Numbered from the stretch's first letter, positions 1 through 10,493 are shown. The stretch is 64,000 bases of DNA from Parcubacteria group bacterium (GCA_016186325.1 JACPLW010000001.1:187-64186); one strand, 5' to 3'. Notes: generated by a model not told the origin, from the letters alone. Numbers and translations: made by a program.

Positions 1-103
1 GTGGCGGGACGCGTCTGCCTACTTGTGCTCGAGGAGGGAGTTGAACCCTCAAGCCTTGCGGCACCCCGCAACTGCGGGGCGTGTTTGCTTTATTTTTAAA
101 CTG

Positions 104-187
104 TGCCCAGGGGGAGATTTGAACTCCCATGAGATTGCTCTCACAGCGCCCTGAACGCTGCGCGTATGCCAGTTTCGCCACCTGGGC
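104..187 (-). tRNA. tRNA-Leu (anticodon CAG), class II with long variable arm
   Basis: Reverse complement folds as acceptor GCCCAGG/CCTGGGC, 3-bp D stem, anticodon stem CAGCG/CGCTG with loop TTCAGGG, 14-nt variable arm, T arm GGGAG-TTCAAAT-CTCCC. The 3' CCA is not encoded. Confidence 0.8.
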
Positions 188-1035
188 TAAAGTTCTAATT
201 TAAATTCCTCCGGATAATTAAGGACTCTTAGTTTATCAATATTATTTACCAAAGTATATAACGGCTGATTTTTAAATAATCCGAATTGCGGCCATTCTTT
301 GGGAGCAATTTTTTTTAACTCCGTTGCCGATTCATAATTTGGATTTTTAATAATATCAACCCCGTTAGAAGTCCGATGCATTTGCGCATCGGCAGACACC
401 GAAGGTGTCTGACTTCTAACGGGGTCAATCAAGTCATTATTTTTTAAAAAATAGTACATGGCGCCGTGATTATTTTTATATGATTCATAATCATATACCG
501 CTCTTTCACTTACCCAGTTCGCTAAAATAAGCGGCTTATCGGAGACATTAATTGTATTGTGGCCGTAAGACGGCGGTATTAAGAATTTTTCACCCGGACC
601 CGCTTCAGTTGCGTACGCATTTGATTCCGATTGTATGAGAAAGTAAGCTTGGCCCAGCAATACTTCGTACACCTCGGGATAACCCTTGTGATAATGACCG
701 GCGGTTTTCACGAATTCATCATCGACGGTTCCCGGAGGAATAAGCGTTAAATCATATCTTAAACTTGCCTTTTTTAACTTCGGGGTGTCTTTCGTTAAAT
801 GAACGTAGCGCCATACGTAATAAACCGGATCCGGGCCTGTATCAGTATGGGGATTTTTAAGATAGGGCCTCAGTTCCTCCAAGCTTCTCTCGGATTTTTT
901 TATGAATTGAAAATCTCCATTAAACTCTAAGTTCATTTTTTCTTCGTCAAGAAAAATCGGCAAGCCGGATATTTTCTGTAAGTCTACCATATGTTTACTA
1001 CTTCCAAACTCTTTCTGTTTCCACATACCACTCAT
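187..1035 (-). CDS. cupin-type glucose-6-phosphate isomerase (archaeal cPGI-like)
   Basis: 282 aa. Cupin PGI signature motifs are present: TAGHYHKGYPEVYEVLLG and PPSYGHNTIN. Confidence 0.5.
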   Translation of the reverse strand: MSGMWKQKEFGSSKHMVDLQKISGLPIFLDEEKMNLEFNGDFQFIKKSERSLEELRPYLKNPHTDTGPDPVYYVWRYVHLTKDTPKLKKASLRYDLTLIPPGTVDDEFVKTAGHYHKGYPEVYEVLLGQAYFLIQSESNAYATEAGPGEKFLIPPSYGHNTINVSDKPLILANWVSERAVYDYESYKNNHGAMYYFLKNNDLIDPVRSQTPSVSADAQMHRTSNGVDIIKNPNYESATELKKIAPKEWPQFGLFKNQPLYTLVNNIDKLRVLNYPEEFKLEL

Positions 1036-2698
1036 TTATTTTTGAAAACCGGTTTGAGGGAATAGCCAGCTTTTTAAGATTAATGTTTTTTATCGAATTA
1101 TTTACCGCGTAAATATAGTTAGGGGAGTAAAGGAAAACGGCCGCGGCATCATTTAGCACCAATTTTTGAAATTCCTCAAGTTTTGAAGCCCTTTTAACCG
1201 GGTCGGCAATTTGGCGAGTTTCTTCCAAAATCTTATTAACATTTCTGTTGCTGTATAAAGAGAGATTTAATCCAGGATCTTTTATAGCCGCGCCGTGCCA
1301 AAAAACGTAAGGGTCGATTATGCCGGTATATGATTCACCTATCAGTATGGCATCGTAATTCTTAGTTCGTATATAGTTCTGGTGGAGTTCGCTTAAAGAT
1401 AGAATTTTAAAATCGCTTTCAATCCCGACATTTTTAAAGTAATCATGAATAAGCACCGTAGCCAGTTGAATTGATTTTGTGGTTATGATGGTAATCTTCA
1501 AGAGCGTTTCTTCCTTATCTTTTCCCAACTTTTTGGCGTAAATGCCATCGGCATTTTTCTTCCAACCATTTTTCTGTAAAATTTCTTCCGCTTTCTGCGG
1601 ATCATAAGTATACCCCTCCAGATTCGGACTTGAACCGGACATACCGGGAGGTATTGGACCAATCGCTACCTTTCCGTCTCCACCCAAGATTTTGTTTAAA
1701 AGGTCTTCTCGATTTACCGCGTAATTAATGGCTTTTCTAATGTTGCTGTCCTTAAAAATATTGTGGTCGGTGTTAAGGAAAATTGCGTAAACCCTGAAAG
1801 AAGGAAGTGAAAAAATCGAAGAGTTTGGCAAGCCGCGCAGTTGATTTTTATTTTGCGCTGTTTGAAGTAAGAGGCCGTCAACCTCTTTTCGATTAAAGGC
1901 GGAGATCGCTTCTTCTTCGGAAAGGTAAAACTTAAATACTATGTTTTTTATCAGGGGGACAGAACCAAAATAATTGTCGTTTACGCTTAAGTTCGAGGAA
2001 ATAATGCGCCCCAACGGGTCTTTTTGCAGTTTAGTTAATTTGTAAGGTCCGGTACCGACTGGTTTTAGGTTGAAGTCTGCCAGCGGAAAATTTTGTGGGA
2101 TAACCTTGCTCCAAATATGTTTTGGCAGAATGCCCAAAAGCGCCAAATTTTCAATGAAGGCGCCATAAGGCGTTTTTAAATTAATTATAACAGTGTCTTT
2201 GTCCGGAGACTCCGCTTTTACTCCTTGCCAAGCTGTCCTTAATGGGCTGTTATATTCCGGATTTTGCGCGGCGTTAATTGTGAAAATTACATCGTCAGCG
2301 GTAAAATCCGTCCCGTCGTGCCATAAGATTTTATCTTTAAGTTTTATAGTATAAGTTTTACCATCTTTTGAAATCTGATAACTCGCGGCTAAATCCGGTA
2401 TAAGTTCACCGTTTTCGCTGTACTTTAATAGCGATGAAAATATCAATCTGGAAAGGTCGCGGTCGGCGTCATTAGTTGACAGTATTGGGTTTAGGTTATG
2501 GGGCGATTCAGAAAGCGCCTCAACATATACGCCTCCTTCCGCCGGAGTTATCCTAGTTTGGCTGCGGTAAAGATTATTTGTTAAAAAAGAAATTGAAAAG
2601 AGAATTATAACAGCGAAAAAGGCCAACCAAAGCCTTTCTTTAGCATTAAGATGATTCCAAAGCTTGTTCCAGGTTTTTATTTTACCGAATTTACGCAA
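998..2698 (-). CDS. ABC transporter substrate-binding protein, family 5 (peptide/nickel type)
   Basis: 566 aa with an N-terminal transmembrane anchor. Length and motifs (GTGPYKL etc.) are typical of SBP family 5. Confidence 0.55.
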   Translation of the reverse strand: MRKFGKIKTWNKLWNHLNAKERLWLAFFAVIILFSISFLTNNLYRSQTRITPAEGGVYVEALSESPHNLNPILSTNDADRDLSRLIFSSLLKYSENGELIPDLAASYQISKDGKTYTIKLKDKILWHDGTDFTADDVIFTINAAQNPEYNSPLRTAWQGVKAESPDKDTVIINLKTPYGAFIENLALLGILPKHIWSKVIPQNFPLADFNLKPVGTGPYKLTKLQKDPLGRIISSNLSVNDNYFGSVPLIKNIVFKFYLSEEEAISAFNRKEVDGLLLQTAQNKNQLRGLPNSSIFSLPSFRVYAIFLNTDHNIFKDSNIRKAINYAVNREDLLNKILGGDGKVAIGPIPPGMSGSSPNLEGYTYDPQKAEEILQKNGWKKNADGIYAKKLGKDKEETLLKITIITTKSIQLATVLIHDYFKNVGIESDFKILSLSELHQNYIRTKNYDAILIGESYTGIIDPYVFWHGAAIKDPGLNLSLYSNRNVNKILEETRQIADPVKRASKLEEFQKLVLNDAAAVFLYSPNYIYAVNNSIKNINLKKLAIPSNRFSKINEWYVETERVWK

Positions 2699-2707
2699 GT
2701 GATTTAT

Positions 2708-2923
2708 TTAGACTAAAAACATGGCTAAACTGGTTGCGATAAACAATACTGCCAGTATAATAGTGGCGAAGAAAACAATTTTTTCTATGCCGCGGCGGGT
2801 ATGATAAAAGGTTGATTCGCCGCCGAAAACCGAAGAAAGACCGCTGCCGCGGGATTGAAGCAAGATCGCTCCGATTAGGAGAACGGAAATTATTATTTGA
2901 ATTATTGTAAGATAATTTAACAT
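2708..2923 (-). CDS. secG: preprotein translocase subunit SecG
   Basis: 71 aa with two transmembrane segments. LLQSRGSGLSSVFGG matches the SecG LLQxGKGxGLGxxFGG signature. Confidence 0.7.
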   Translation of the reverse strand: MLNYLTIIQIIISVLLIGAILLQSRGSGLSSVFGGESTFYHTRRGIEKIVFFATIILAVLFIATSLAMFLV

Positions 2924-3312
2924 CAGTCTCGTTTATTGGTTGCTGCTGAAACAATAAAATTAAAGGCGCTTAAAATTAACGTTGTCAGAAAGTAGGCATA
3001 AAATCCGCTTATAGAAAGTTCGGGGGTAAAGTAGACCACCAACCAGAGAAGAAATATGTTGATAACAAAAGTAAAGAGGCCCAATGTGATAAGTATAAGC
3101 GGACTGAATATCAATTTCAAGACCGGTTTAAGAAAGGTGTTTACGAGAGCCAAAATAAGGGCGAGTTTTAGGAGAGCGATAAATTCGTAATTAAAAACAA
3201 TGTTCGGCACCAGCCAGGCGGCGGCAAGAATTGCCAAAGCGTTAGCGATAATACGAAACAAAAAACCAATAATCATTAATTTAATAGTAACACTTTGGCG
3301 CGTTTTTGACAA
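2923..3312 (-). CDS. DUF360 / phage-holin-4-like small membrane protein
   Basis: 129 aa with 4 predicted transmembrane segments. The ANALAILAAAWLVPNI region resembles the DUF360 family. Confidence 0.35.
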   Translation of the reverse strand: MSKTRQSVTIKLMIIGFLFRIIANALAILAAAWLVPNIVFNYEFIALLKLALILALVNTFLKPVLKLIFSPLILITLGLFTFVINIFLLWLVVYFTPELSISGFYAYFLTTLILSAFNFIVSAATNKRD

Positions 3313-3404
3313 GTCGCTGTTTTTTGCTATTATATTTTTGTAAGTATCTTTGTCTAAAGCTCTTTAAAATCGCAGGAGAGAATAATGTCAATGAAGAGCC
3401 GGCT

Positions 3405-4067
3405 ATGAAAAAAATCAGAAAATCGTCTGGCGATGAAAGTGGTAATGGAGAGACGGGCAGGTTGAGTTTTCATAAAAGTTCGCGCTATATTTCTATTTCC
3501 GGAGAAATCGACCAGAAATTGGCCGACGAATTTTTTAATACTCTGATTGGTTTTGAGTCGCTTAAGTCAAGAAAACCCCTTACCATTTACATTAATAGCG
3601 AGGGCGGTGATGTTGACGATATGTTTAAAATTTATGACCATATCAAAAATTCTCCGCTTTTTATTACAACCGTTGTTGCCGGATGCGCGTTATCGGCCGG
3701 ATTTATAATATTTCTGGCAGGCGATTTGAGAAAAGCGTTCCCGCATGCCCTTTTTGGTTTTCATGCGCCGACAATTTATTATTCACGTGATTACAGCGAA
3801 GGACCGGTTGAAGCAGCGGAATTGGCTTTTTACCAAAAACAGATGTTTGAAACCATGGTGAAAATTGTTAAAGATAATTCAAATATGTCGGAAAAAGCGA
3901 TCAGGAAATATTTCCGCGTTTTAACCAGAATTGATGCTAAAACTGCTTTAAAATTCGGTTTGGCGCATCAGGTTGTCAATCCGCCGAAAAAGATTTTGCC
4001 CAAATCCTGGCCCGCTTCGCCAAAGCTCCAGCGAGGCGAGCAGAAAATTTTAAAACCCCGCCCTTAA
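3405..4067 (+). CDS. clpP: ClpP-family ATP-dependent protease proteolytic subunit (with terminal extensions)
   Basis: Carries ClpP core motifs LTIYINSEGGDV, GCALSAGFIIF (catalytic Ser context) and FGFHAP (His). The start is taken at the internal ATG at 3405, because the track ORF starts at 3306 inside the upstream gene. Confidence 0.6.
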   Translation: MKKIRKSSGDESGNGETGRLSFHKSSRYISISGEIDQKLADEFFNTLIGFESLKSRKPLTIYINSEGGDVDDMFKIYDHIKNSPLFITTVVAGCALSAGFIIFLAGDLRKAFPHALFGFHAPTIYYSRDYSEGPVEAAELAFYQKQMFETMVKIVKDNSNMSEKAIRKYFRVLTRIDAKTALKFGLAHQVVNPPKKILPKSWPASPKLQRGEQKILKPRP

Positions 4068-4174
4068 GCTTAAGGGCGGGGTAAAAGAGCCTAAATAAGC
4101 TCTTTTATTTTATATAAGTGTTAATGCTGAAAAATAAAAAATCGCTGGATAAATCCAGTCGATTGTTCGTATTC

Positions 4175-5134
4175 TTATTCTAACATTTTTTTGAAAAATC
4201 TGTCCTTGATTAAATGAACTTTTTCGAAGTAATGAATTTCACAATCAAGACATGGGGTTCCATCTCCTCGGTCTTTAAGATGCGGGAATACTCTCACCAT
4301 GGCTTCTGTAGCTCGGTCTTTGCTTTTTGATGAGTAGAAAGTATTAATATCCCATCGTGCGTTCTGACAAGTGTACTTCAGATTTGCGAACATTGTTAGA
4401 GCTCGGCTTACGTATTCTTTAGCCGCCCAAAGATTAAGACGATCGTTTTCATCACGAAGTTGTTTTTCGGCATCAATACAGAGACTTGGATAACAGAATG
4501 CCAGAGGAGAAACAAGATGGAGTGCGGTTAGATTTAATCCACCAGCCACTCCGAGACCTAAACGAAACTTCTCTGCCGCAAGTGCGTCAAGATAATCTTT
4601 AGCTATATTTGTATCGAGCGCTTTTCCTAATCCACTGCTTTGGTCAAGAAGAATATAGTCAACTAGGTCATGGTACTCTTCAAGTTTTTTTGCTAACGCG
4701 TCGGGATAATATCCTATTTGTTCAAAAGCGTTATGCCCAACTTGTAAAACTATCTTCATATCCCAATGGCGTCTTCGATAATTTTCAAGCGCATGTATAT
4801 CGGGCCATGCAATGTTGAGCTGGAATCCGTGTAAGTTCGGGCCCGAAATATCCGTTGCCTCTACCATTTGGTCGTACAGCGTAGAAAGCTCTCTGGTATT
4901 ATAATGCATCAAATTAAGCGCCCGTGGATGGTCGGTAAATATTTCTGCAATATCTTTTGCCGTTGGATAGAGATTTGGTCTGCTATTCTGTCCGCCTCTT
5001 ATTGTATTTTGACTTGCAAGTACGCCAATCATCAATTTGTGTTTTGAACCATATGGCATTATTGCCAAAACGGCATCACTTTCTTTCTTAGTCATGAATC
5101 CCGTAACTCCAATATACGGCGTCCATTTTGACAT
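4175..5134 (-). CDS. hypothetical TIM-barrel-like protein with TrpF (phosphoribosylanthranilate isomerase)-like motifs
   Basis: 319 aa. LHGFQLN, ILLDQSSGLGKALD and VAGGLNLTAL resemble the TrpF QLHG / LLD..GGxG / SGGLN motifs. Function uncertain. Confidence 0.3.
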   Translation of the reverse strand: MSKWTPYIGVTGFMTKKESDAVLAIMPYGSKHKLMIGVLASQNTIRGGQNSRPNLYPTAKDIAEIFTDHPRALNLMHYNTRELSTLYDQMVEATDISGPNLHGFQLNIAWPDIHALENYRRRHWDMKIVLQVGHNAFEQIGYYPDALAKKLEEYHDLVDYILLDQSSGLGKALDTNIAKDYLDALAAEKFRLGLGVAGGLNLTALHLVSPLAFCYPSLCIDAEKQLRDENDRLNLWAAKEYVSRALTMFANLKYTCQNARWDINTFYSSKSKDRATEAMVRVFPHLKDRGDGTPCLDCEIHYFEKVHLIKDRFFKKMLE

Positions 5135-5207
5135 TTGCGACTCCTATCTAGTATTGTTCAAGAACAAAAAATTAATTATCCTATACGATAATATAAATAT
5201 ATCTTGC

Positions 5208-5230
5208 TGTCAAAAAATAAAAATTTGACA
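5208..5230. promoter_or_regulatory. inverted repeat TGTCAAA-N9-TTTGACA overlapping a TTGACA -35, upstream of groES
   Basis: Seen in sequence. CIRCE-like 9-bp-spacer architecture, but not the CIRCE consensus. Confidence 0.3.
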
Positions 5231-5273
5231 TCAGATTGATGTTTTGCTATTTTAATTATTAATTACAAAAACT

Positions 5274-5561
5274 ATGGCGAAACAATTAAATATAAAACCT
5301 TTAGGCGATCGGGCGGTTATCGCGCCGATAAAAGAAACCGAAAAAACCAAATCCGGCATTATTTTGCCCGAAACCGTGGATAAGGAAAAACCGGCCCAGG
5401 GCCGGGTGGTGGCGATTGGGGCGGGTGAAAAAATAAAAAAATCCGGAATTAAAAAAGGCGACGAAGTCGTTTATGAAAAGTATGCCGGCACTGAATTTAA
5501 AACAGGCAGCACTGATTATAAGATTTTAAAAGAGGACGAAATCCTCGCGATTTTAGAATAA
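5274..5561 (+). CDS. groES: co-chaperonin GroES
   Basis: 95 aa; typical GroES sequence (GDRAVIAP...ILPETVDKEKP...DEVVYEKYAGTE). Confidence 0.9.
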   Translation: MAKQLNIKPLGDRAVIAPIKETEKTKSGIILPETVDKEKPAQGRVVAIGAGEKIKKSGIKKGDEVVYEKYAGTEFKTGSTDYKILKEDEILAILE

Positions 5562-5693
5562 ACCCCAATTTTCAATTTCCAATTATCAATTTTCAACAAA
5601 TGATTTAATTTAACAATTTTCAAACGTTTGAAAATTAATTCATTGAAAATTCAATGAAAATTGAAAATTAAAAATTGTAAATTATATAAATAT

Positions 5694-7334
5694 ATGTCAA
5701 AACAAATAATTTCAGGCGTTGCCGCTAGAGAAGCGATAAAAAGAGGCGTTGACCAGTTGGCCAATGCCGTAAAAATCACCCTTGGCCCACGCGGGCGCAA
5801 TGTTATTTTGGATAAAGGTTATGGCGCGCCGGTCATTACCAACGACGGCGTTACTATTGCCAAAGATATAGAACTAAAAGACAAGTTTGAGAACATAGGC
5901 GCCCAACTGGTAAAAGAAGCGGCGTCAAAAACCAACGACATTGCCGGCGATGGCACTACAACGGCCGTAGTTTTGGCGCAGGCGATGATCGCCGAAGGCA
6001 TAAATCTTATAAATTCCGGCGCTAATGGCATGGTTTTAAAACGAGGTATGGATAGGGCGACAACTAAGGTTTCAGAAATTTTAAAAAAGAATGCCAAACC
6101 GGTAACAAAAGAGAAAATTAAAGATGTTGCCGTGATTTCTGCCAATGACGCGGAAATGGGCTCTCTTATCGCTGAAGTGATAAACAAAGTCGGCAAAGAA
6201 GGCGTGGTTACCGTTGAGGAAGCTCAAACGCTTGGAGTTGATTACGAGCTCGTTGAAGGACTTCAATTTGACCGCGGCTATGTTTCAGCCTATATGGTGA
6301 CCGATACTGAAAGAATGGAAGCGGTTATGGAAAAACCGCATATTTTAATAACTGACAAGAAAATTTCTTCTCTGACAGAAATAATGCCGCTTTTGGAAAA
6401 AGTTGTTAAATCTGGAAGCAAAAATTTGGTAATTATTGCCGATGAAGTTGAAGGCGAGGCGCTCGCTACTCTTGTTGTAAACAAATTGCGCGGCGTTTTC
6501 AACGTTCTCGCGGTCAAGGCGCCGGGATTTGGCGACAGGCGGAAAGAGCTTTTGGAAGACATCGCCGTAGTTGTTAACGGTGAGGTAATTTCAGAAGATA
6601 AAGGCATGAAGCTTGAAAGTGTTGATTTAAACATGCTTGGAGAAGCCAAAAAAATTATTGCCAACAAAGACAACACAACGATTGTCGGCGGTTCCGGCGG
6701 AAAAGGGGAAATTGAAAAGAAAATAAAACAAATAAAAGTCCAGCTTGAAAAAACCGAATCAGAATTTGACCGCGAAAAATTACAAGAACGGCTGGCAAAA
6801 CTTTCCGGCGGGGTGGCGGTGATTAAAGTAGGCGCCGCGACCGAAACAGAAATGAAAGAAAAGAAATTCCGCATAGAAGACGCCGTGGCAGCCACTAAAG
6901 CCGCGATTGAAGAAGGCATTGTTTCCGGCGGCGGAGTGGCTTTATTTGAGGCTGCAAGAGAACTAAAAAACCTTAAAACTTTGGCGGGTATTTCTGAATT
7001 CGGCGATGAAGCTAAGGGCGTTAATTTGGTAGTTAACGCGCTTGAGTCGCCGATGAGGGTTATCGCGCGTAATGCCAATAAAGATGAAAATGAAGTAATT
7101 CAAACTATCAGTTCCGTGGAAAAAGGAACGGGTTTTAATGCCGTTACCGGCGAATATGCCGATCTTATTAAAGATGGCGTAATTGATCCTCTCAAAGTGA
7201 CGCGCACGGCTTTGCAAAACGCCGTTTCTGTTGCTTCCATGCTTTTAACAAGTGAATTTTTAGTGGCTGATCTACCGGAAAAAAATAACCCACCAGCCGG
7301 CGGGATGCCCGGTATGGGCGATATGGGGATGTAA
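5694..7334 (+). CDS. groEL: chaperonin GroEL
   Basis: Unmistakable GroEL with [28 protein letters not shown] and a C-terminal GGM repeat. Start is the ATG at 5694. Confidence 0.9.
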   Translation: MSKQIISGVAAREAIKRGVDQLANAVKITLGPRGRNVILDKGYGAPVITNDGVTIAKDIELKDKFENIGAQLVKEAASKTNDIAGDGTTTAVVLAQAMIAEGINLINSGANGMVLKRGMDRATTKVSEILKKNAKPVTKEKIKDVAVISANDAEMGSLIAEVINKVGKEGVVTVEEAQTLGVDYELVEGLQFDRGYVSAYMVTDTERMEAVMEKPHILITDKKISSLTEIMPLLEKVVKSGSKNLVIIADEVEGEALATLVVNKLRGVFNVLAVKAPGFGDRRKELLEDIAVVVNGEVISEDKGMKLESVDLNMLGEAKKIIANKDNTTIVGGSGGKGEIEKKIKQIKVQLEKTESEFDREKLQERLAKLSGGVAVIKVGAATETEMKEKKFRIEDAVAATKAAIEEGIVSGGGVALFEAARELKNLKTLAGISEFGDEAKGVNLVVNALESPMRVIARNANKDENEVIQTISSVEKGTGFNAVTGEYADLIKDGVIDPLKVTRTALQNAVSVASMLLTSEFLVADLPEKNNPPAGGMPGMGDMGM

Positions 7335-7339
7335 AATTT

Positions 7340-7687
7340 ATGCTTGTAATAAGATTGCAAAAAGTCGGGAAAAAACATACTGCCACCTTCAGGGTTGTGG
7401 TAACTCAAAAAACTGCCGCCGCGAAGCGGAAATATTTGGAGTTGCTCGGCAATGTTAATCGAAAAACCAAAGCGGTGAGTTTGAACAAAGAAAGAATTTT
7501 ATATTGGATTTCAAAAGGCGCCCAGCCCTCTGACACAATTCATAATTTATTAGTTTCACAAAGTATAATTTCCGGCGCTAAAAAACCGGTTCATAAAAAA
7601 TCAAAAAAAGAAGTGGCTAAAACAGAGGTAAAATTAGAGGCGGCGCTGGCTGAAACTCCAGTTGAAACGCCGGAAGTAGTATCTTGA
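7340..7687 (+). CDS. rpsP: 30S ribosomal protein S16
   Basis: MLVIRLQKVGKKHTATFRVVV is a typical S16 N-terminus, followed by a C-terminal Lys/Ala-rich extension. Confidence 0.85.
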   Translation: MLVIRLQKVGKKHTATFRVVVTQKTAAAKRKYLELLGNVNRKTKAVSLNKERILYWISKGAQPSDTIHNLLVSQSIISGAKKPVHKKSKKEVAKTEVKLEAALAETPVETPEVVS

Positions 7688-7715
7688 CCCCGCCCTTTGA
7701 GCTCAAAGGGCGGGG
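7688..7715 (+). terminator. intrinsic terminator after rpsP
   Basis: Hairpin CCCCGCCCTTTGAGCTCAAAGGGCGGGG. Confidence 0.5.
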
Positions 7716-7744
7716 TTGACGGATTTTTGTGTTTCCGTTATACT
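7716..7744 (+). promoter_or_regulatory. sigma70-like promoter (TTGACG-17 nt-TATACT)
   Basis: Near-consensus -35 and -10 hexamers with a 17-nt spacer, upstream of the KH protein gene. Confidence 0.5.
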
Positions 7745-7825
7745 ATATGGCAATTAGTAGTTTGCCCTAATTTTACAGAGGGGCTTGGTCGACTACTCTA
7801 AATCTTAAATAAGTTATTCAAAGAA

Positions 7826-8149
7826 ATGACTAATACATCGGTTGATCAGGAGTTTCTTGAATACCTTGTGAAATCAATTGTTGATAATCCTAATGATGTC
7901 AAAATTGATCGCAGGGTAGATGAAATGGGCGTCCTCTTAAACCTTAAAGTAAATCCGGAAGATATGGGTATGCTTATCGGTCGAGAAGGCTCAACCGCTA
8001 AAGCTATCCGAACCCTTCTTCGCATCGTGGGCGCTCGCAACAACGCGCGTGTCAATCTGAAGATAGAGGAACCGGAAGGCGGAGCTCGTCCCAGAAAAGA
8101 AAGAACTCAAACAATGGATGAGGTTGTGGAAGATTTGAAACAGCTTTAA
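7826..8149 (+). CDS. KH domain RNA-binding protein (YlqC/UPF0109 family)
   Basis: 107 aa. The GMLIGREGSTAKAIRTLL KH motif, in the rpsP-adjacent position typical of this family. Confidence 0.7.
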   Translation: MTNTSVDQEFLEYLVKSIVDNPNDVKIDRRVDEMGVLLNLKVNPEDMGMLIGREGSTAKAIRTLLRIVGARNNARVNLKIEEPEGGARPRKERTQTMDEVVEDLKQL

Positions 8150-8270
8150 TCCGAAAAAAACAATCCCGCGCAGTTGCGGGGTTGTTTTTTTATTTGATTT
8201 TAATGGCTTTTAGGGTTATATAGTTTATAAAAGTCTTGGTATCTTAAAAACTTAATAGGAGCAGGCAAAA

Positions 8271-10493
8271 TTGGGAAGGAAGTGGATGAAATTGTTAGTC
8301 ATTTTATGCTGTTTTACGGTAATTTTTGGTTCTACAGGTTATTTGGTTTTTTGGTACTATTTTGACTATAAAGATGGTGATTTACCAGACGTTCTGGCCC
8401 TTAGGGATTATAAGTTTAATTTGACCACTATTGTTCGGGATGACGGTGGAGAAATAATCGATAAATTCAAAGTTGAGGATCGGGTTTATATTTCATTCCA
8501 TTCGGTACCGGTAGCTGTTTTGTTGGCAACGGTATCGGCAGAAGATAAAAATTTCTTTGAGGGACGCTTAATTTATGGCATTGATTTTACGGGAGTTGTA
8601 AGAGCGGCTTTTAAAAATATAATTGCCGGCAAAGTAATTGCCGGCGGTTCAACTATTTCCCAGCAAACTGCCAAGTTAATTTGGTTGAATAACGAAAAAA
8701 CATTCAAAAGAAAGTTTAAAGAAGCGCGACTCGCTTATAGGATGGAAAAGTATTTATCCGACGAACTGATTTTTGAAATTTACATTAACCTAGTTTATTT
8801 TGGCCATGGCAAGTACGGCATTGTTTCCGCTTCGGAATTTTATTTTAGTAAACAGCCGTCAGAGTTGACGTTTGATGAAGCTGCCATGTTAGCCGGGCTT
8901 ATTAAGTGGCCTTATCAATTTTCGCCTATTGTCAATAAAAAAATTGCAACCAGCCGGCGCAATATGATTTTAAGCAGGATGATGAATAATGGTTTTATCA
9001 AGTATGGCGAGTATATCGCACTTACAGAAAAACCCGTTGTTTTAAGCATTAAAAGTATTGATCCGAAAGCTCCGTATCTTTCAAACTTTTTTATGGATGA
9101 ACTTCATCGTCTCGGTTACAGCAAAGTGGTAAATCAAGGCTTGAATGTAAAGACCTCAATTAATTCTTCTTTCCAGCTAATTGCAAGTGAAGCTCTAAGC
9201 AAGGGGTTGAAAGCTTATGATAAGAGACACGAAAAGCGTCTTGTTCTCTACAATATTTTTTCCGAATATAAGTTAGAATCCATTGAAGATTTTAAATCAG
9301 AGTCATGGAACGGTGAACTTGGCATTGAAAGCACTGTCGATGGTTTGGTTATTGAAGTTGACAGCTCTTTTGTAGTGTTAAAAATTGGGAACGAGACAGC
9401 AACTATTACTGCTAAATCGCTTCCCAATATCCAGAACGGTATCGCGGATTTTAAAAGGGTATTCAAAGTAGGCGACGTGGTAATGGTTAAAATTACCGGC
9501 GTTAACGCTAGTAATGATTTTATTGTTGAGATTGTTCAGCCAGAGGCGCAAGGAGCGGTAGTAATTTTAGAAGTTACAACCGGCGCGATAAAAGCAGTTG
9601 TTGGCGGCCGGGATTTCAAGGTCAGTAAGTATAATAGAGCGATGCAGGCCGAAAGACAGCCTGGCTCGGCTTTCAAACCGTTTGTTTATGGCGCTTATTT
9701 TGAAAAGTATCCGGATAAAGATTTGGAAAGCCATGTTTTGGATACTCCAATTTGTTTTAAAACCGGCAATCCTAAAAAGCCAAAATGGTGCCCCAAGAAT
9801 TACGAAGAGAAATCTTTACCGCCGTTTATGGGCTCGATTCCGATTAAAACTGCCATCGCGCGGTCTCGAAATGTGGCCGCCGTTCACGCGGCTAAAGAAG
9901 TTGGGATTAATAATGTGGTGGATTTAGCCCGCAGCATGGGTATTGCAAGCGATCTGCCTCGTTATCTTCCGACTGCCATCGGTGCCGCCGATGTAAAAGT
10001 AATTGATATGGCTAATGCCTACTCCACGCTTTTTAGGCAGGGAATTTATAAACCATATTGGTTTATAAATTCAATTACCGATAGAAACGGTTCAACGAAA
10101 AACTTAGAAACTATAGAAGAAAAACAAGCATTAAGCACTGAATCGGCAAATAAAATTTTGGGAGCAATGCGATGGGTAGTCTTGGCTGGTACGGCCCGTT
10201 CGGCTTCAAAAGAATTGCCCTTTGCGACGGCTGGTAAAACCGGAACGACCAATAACTTTACCGATGCTTGGTTTGTAGGCGGCTCGCCAAAGTATGTTGT
10301 CGCTGTGTGGATTGGCTTCGACCGAAAATCTATACCGCTAGTAAGTAGAGAAAGTTATTTTAAAGAAACCGGCGGTTCAGTAGCTCTTCCGATTTTTATT
10401 GAGATTATGAAAGAAATTTATAAGATCCGGCCGCCCGATTTATTTCCGGAAGAGATTGAGAATATAATTTTAGAGAAAAATGAAGATAAATAA
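8271..10493 (+). CDS. mrcA: penicillin-binding protein 1A (bifunctional transglycosylase/transpeptidase)
   Basis: 740 aa. GT51 motifs EDKNFF, GGSTISQQ, RKFKEA, and a transpeptidase SAFKP motif. Confidence 0.8.
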   Translation: MGRKWMKLLVILCCFTVIFGSTGYLVFWYYFDYKDGDLPDVLALRDYKFNLTTIVRDDGGEIIDKFKVEDRVYISFHSVPVAVLLATVSAEDKNFFEGRLIYGIDFTGVVRAAFKNIIAGKVIAGGSTISQQTAKLIWLNNEKTFKRKFKEARLAYRMEKYLSDELIFEIYINLVYFGHGKYGIVSASEFYFSKQPSELTFDEAAMLAGLIKWPYQFSPIVNKKIATSRRNMILSRMMNNGFIKYGEYIALTEKPVVLSIKSIDPKAPYLSNFFMDELHRLGYSKVVNQGLNVKTSINSSFQLIASEALSKGLKAYDKRHEKRLVLYNIFSEYKLESIEDFKSESWNGELGIESTVDGLVIEVDSSFVVLKIGNETATITAKSLPNIQNGIADFKRVFKVGDVVMVKITGVNASNDFIVEIVQPEAQGAVVILEVTTGAIKAVVGGRDFKVSKYNRAMQAERQPGSAFKPFVYGAYFEKYPDKDLESHVLDTPICFKTGNPKKPKWCPKNYEEKSLPPFMGSIPIKTAIARSRNVAAVHAAKEVGINNVVDLARSMGIASDLPRYLPTAIGAADVKVIDMANAYSTLFRQGIYKPYWFINSITDRNGSTKNLETIEEKQALSTESANKILGAMRWVVLAGTARSASKELPFATAGKTGTTNNFTDAWFVGGSPKYVVAVWIGFDRKSIPLVSRESYFKETGGSVALPIFIEIMKEIYKIRPPDLFPEEIENIILEKNEDK

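Noticed and set aside
2691-2954. 87-aa ORF overlapping secG in another frame
   Set aside because: The secG frame has the conserved SecG motif. This frame has no RBS and a basic low-complexity product.
5819-7078. Minus-strand ORFs (5819..6196, 6081..6266, 6290..7078, 6963..7217) inside groEL
   Set aside because: Antisense to a highly conserved, clearly coding groEL frame. The low-complexity translations are Ala/Ser-rich mirror frames, so they are spurious.
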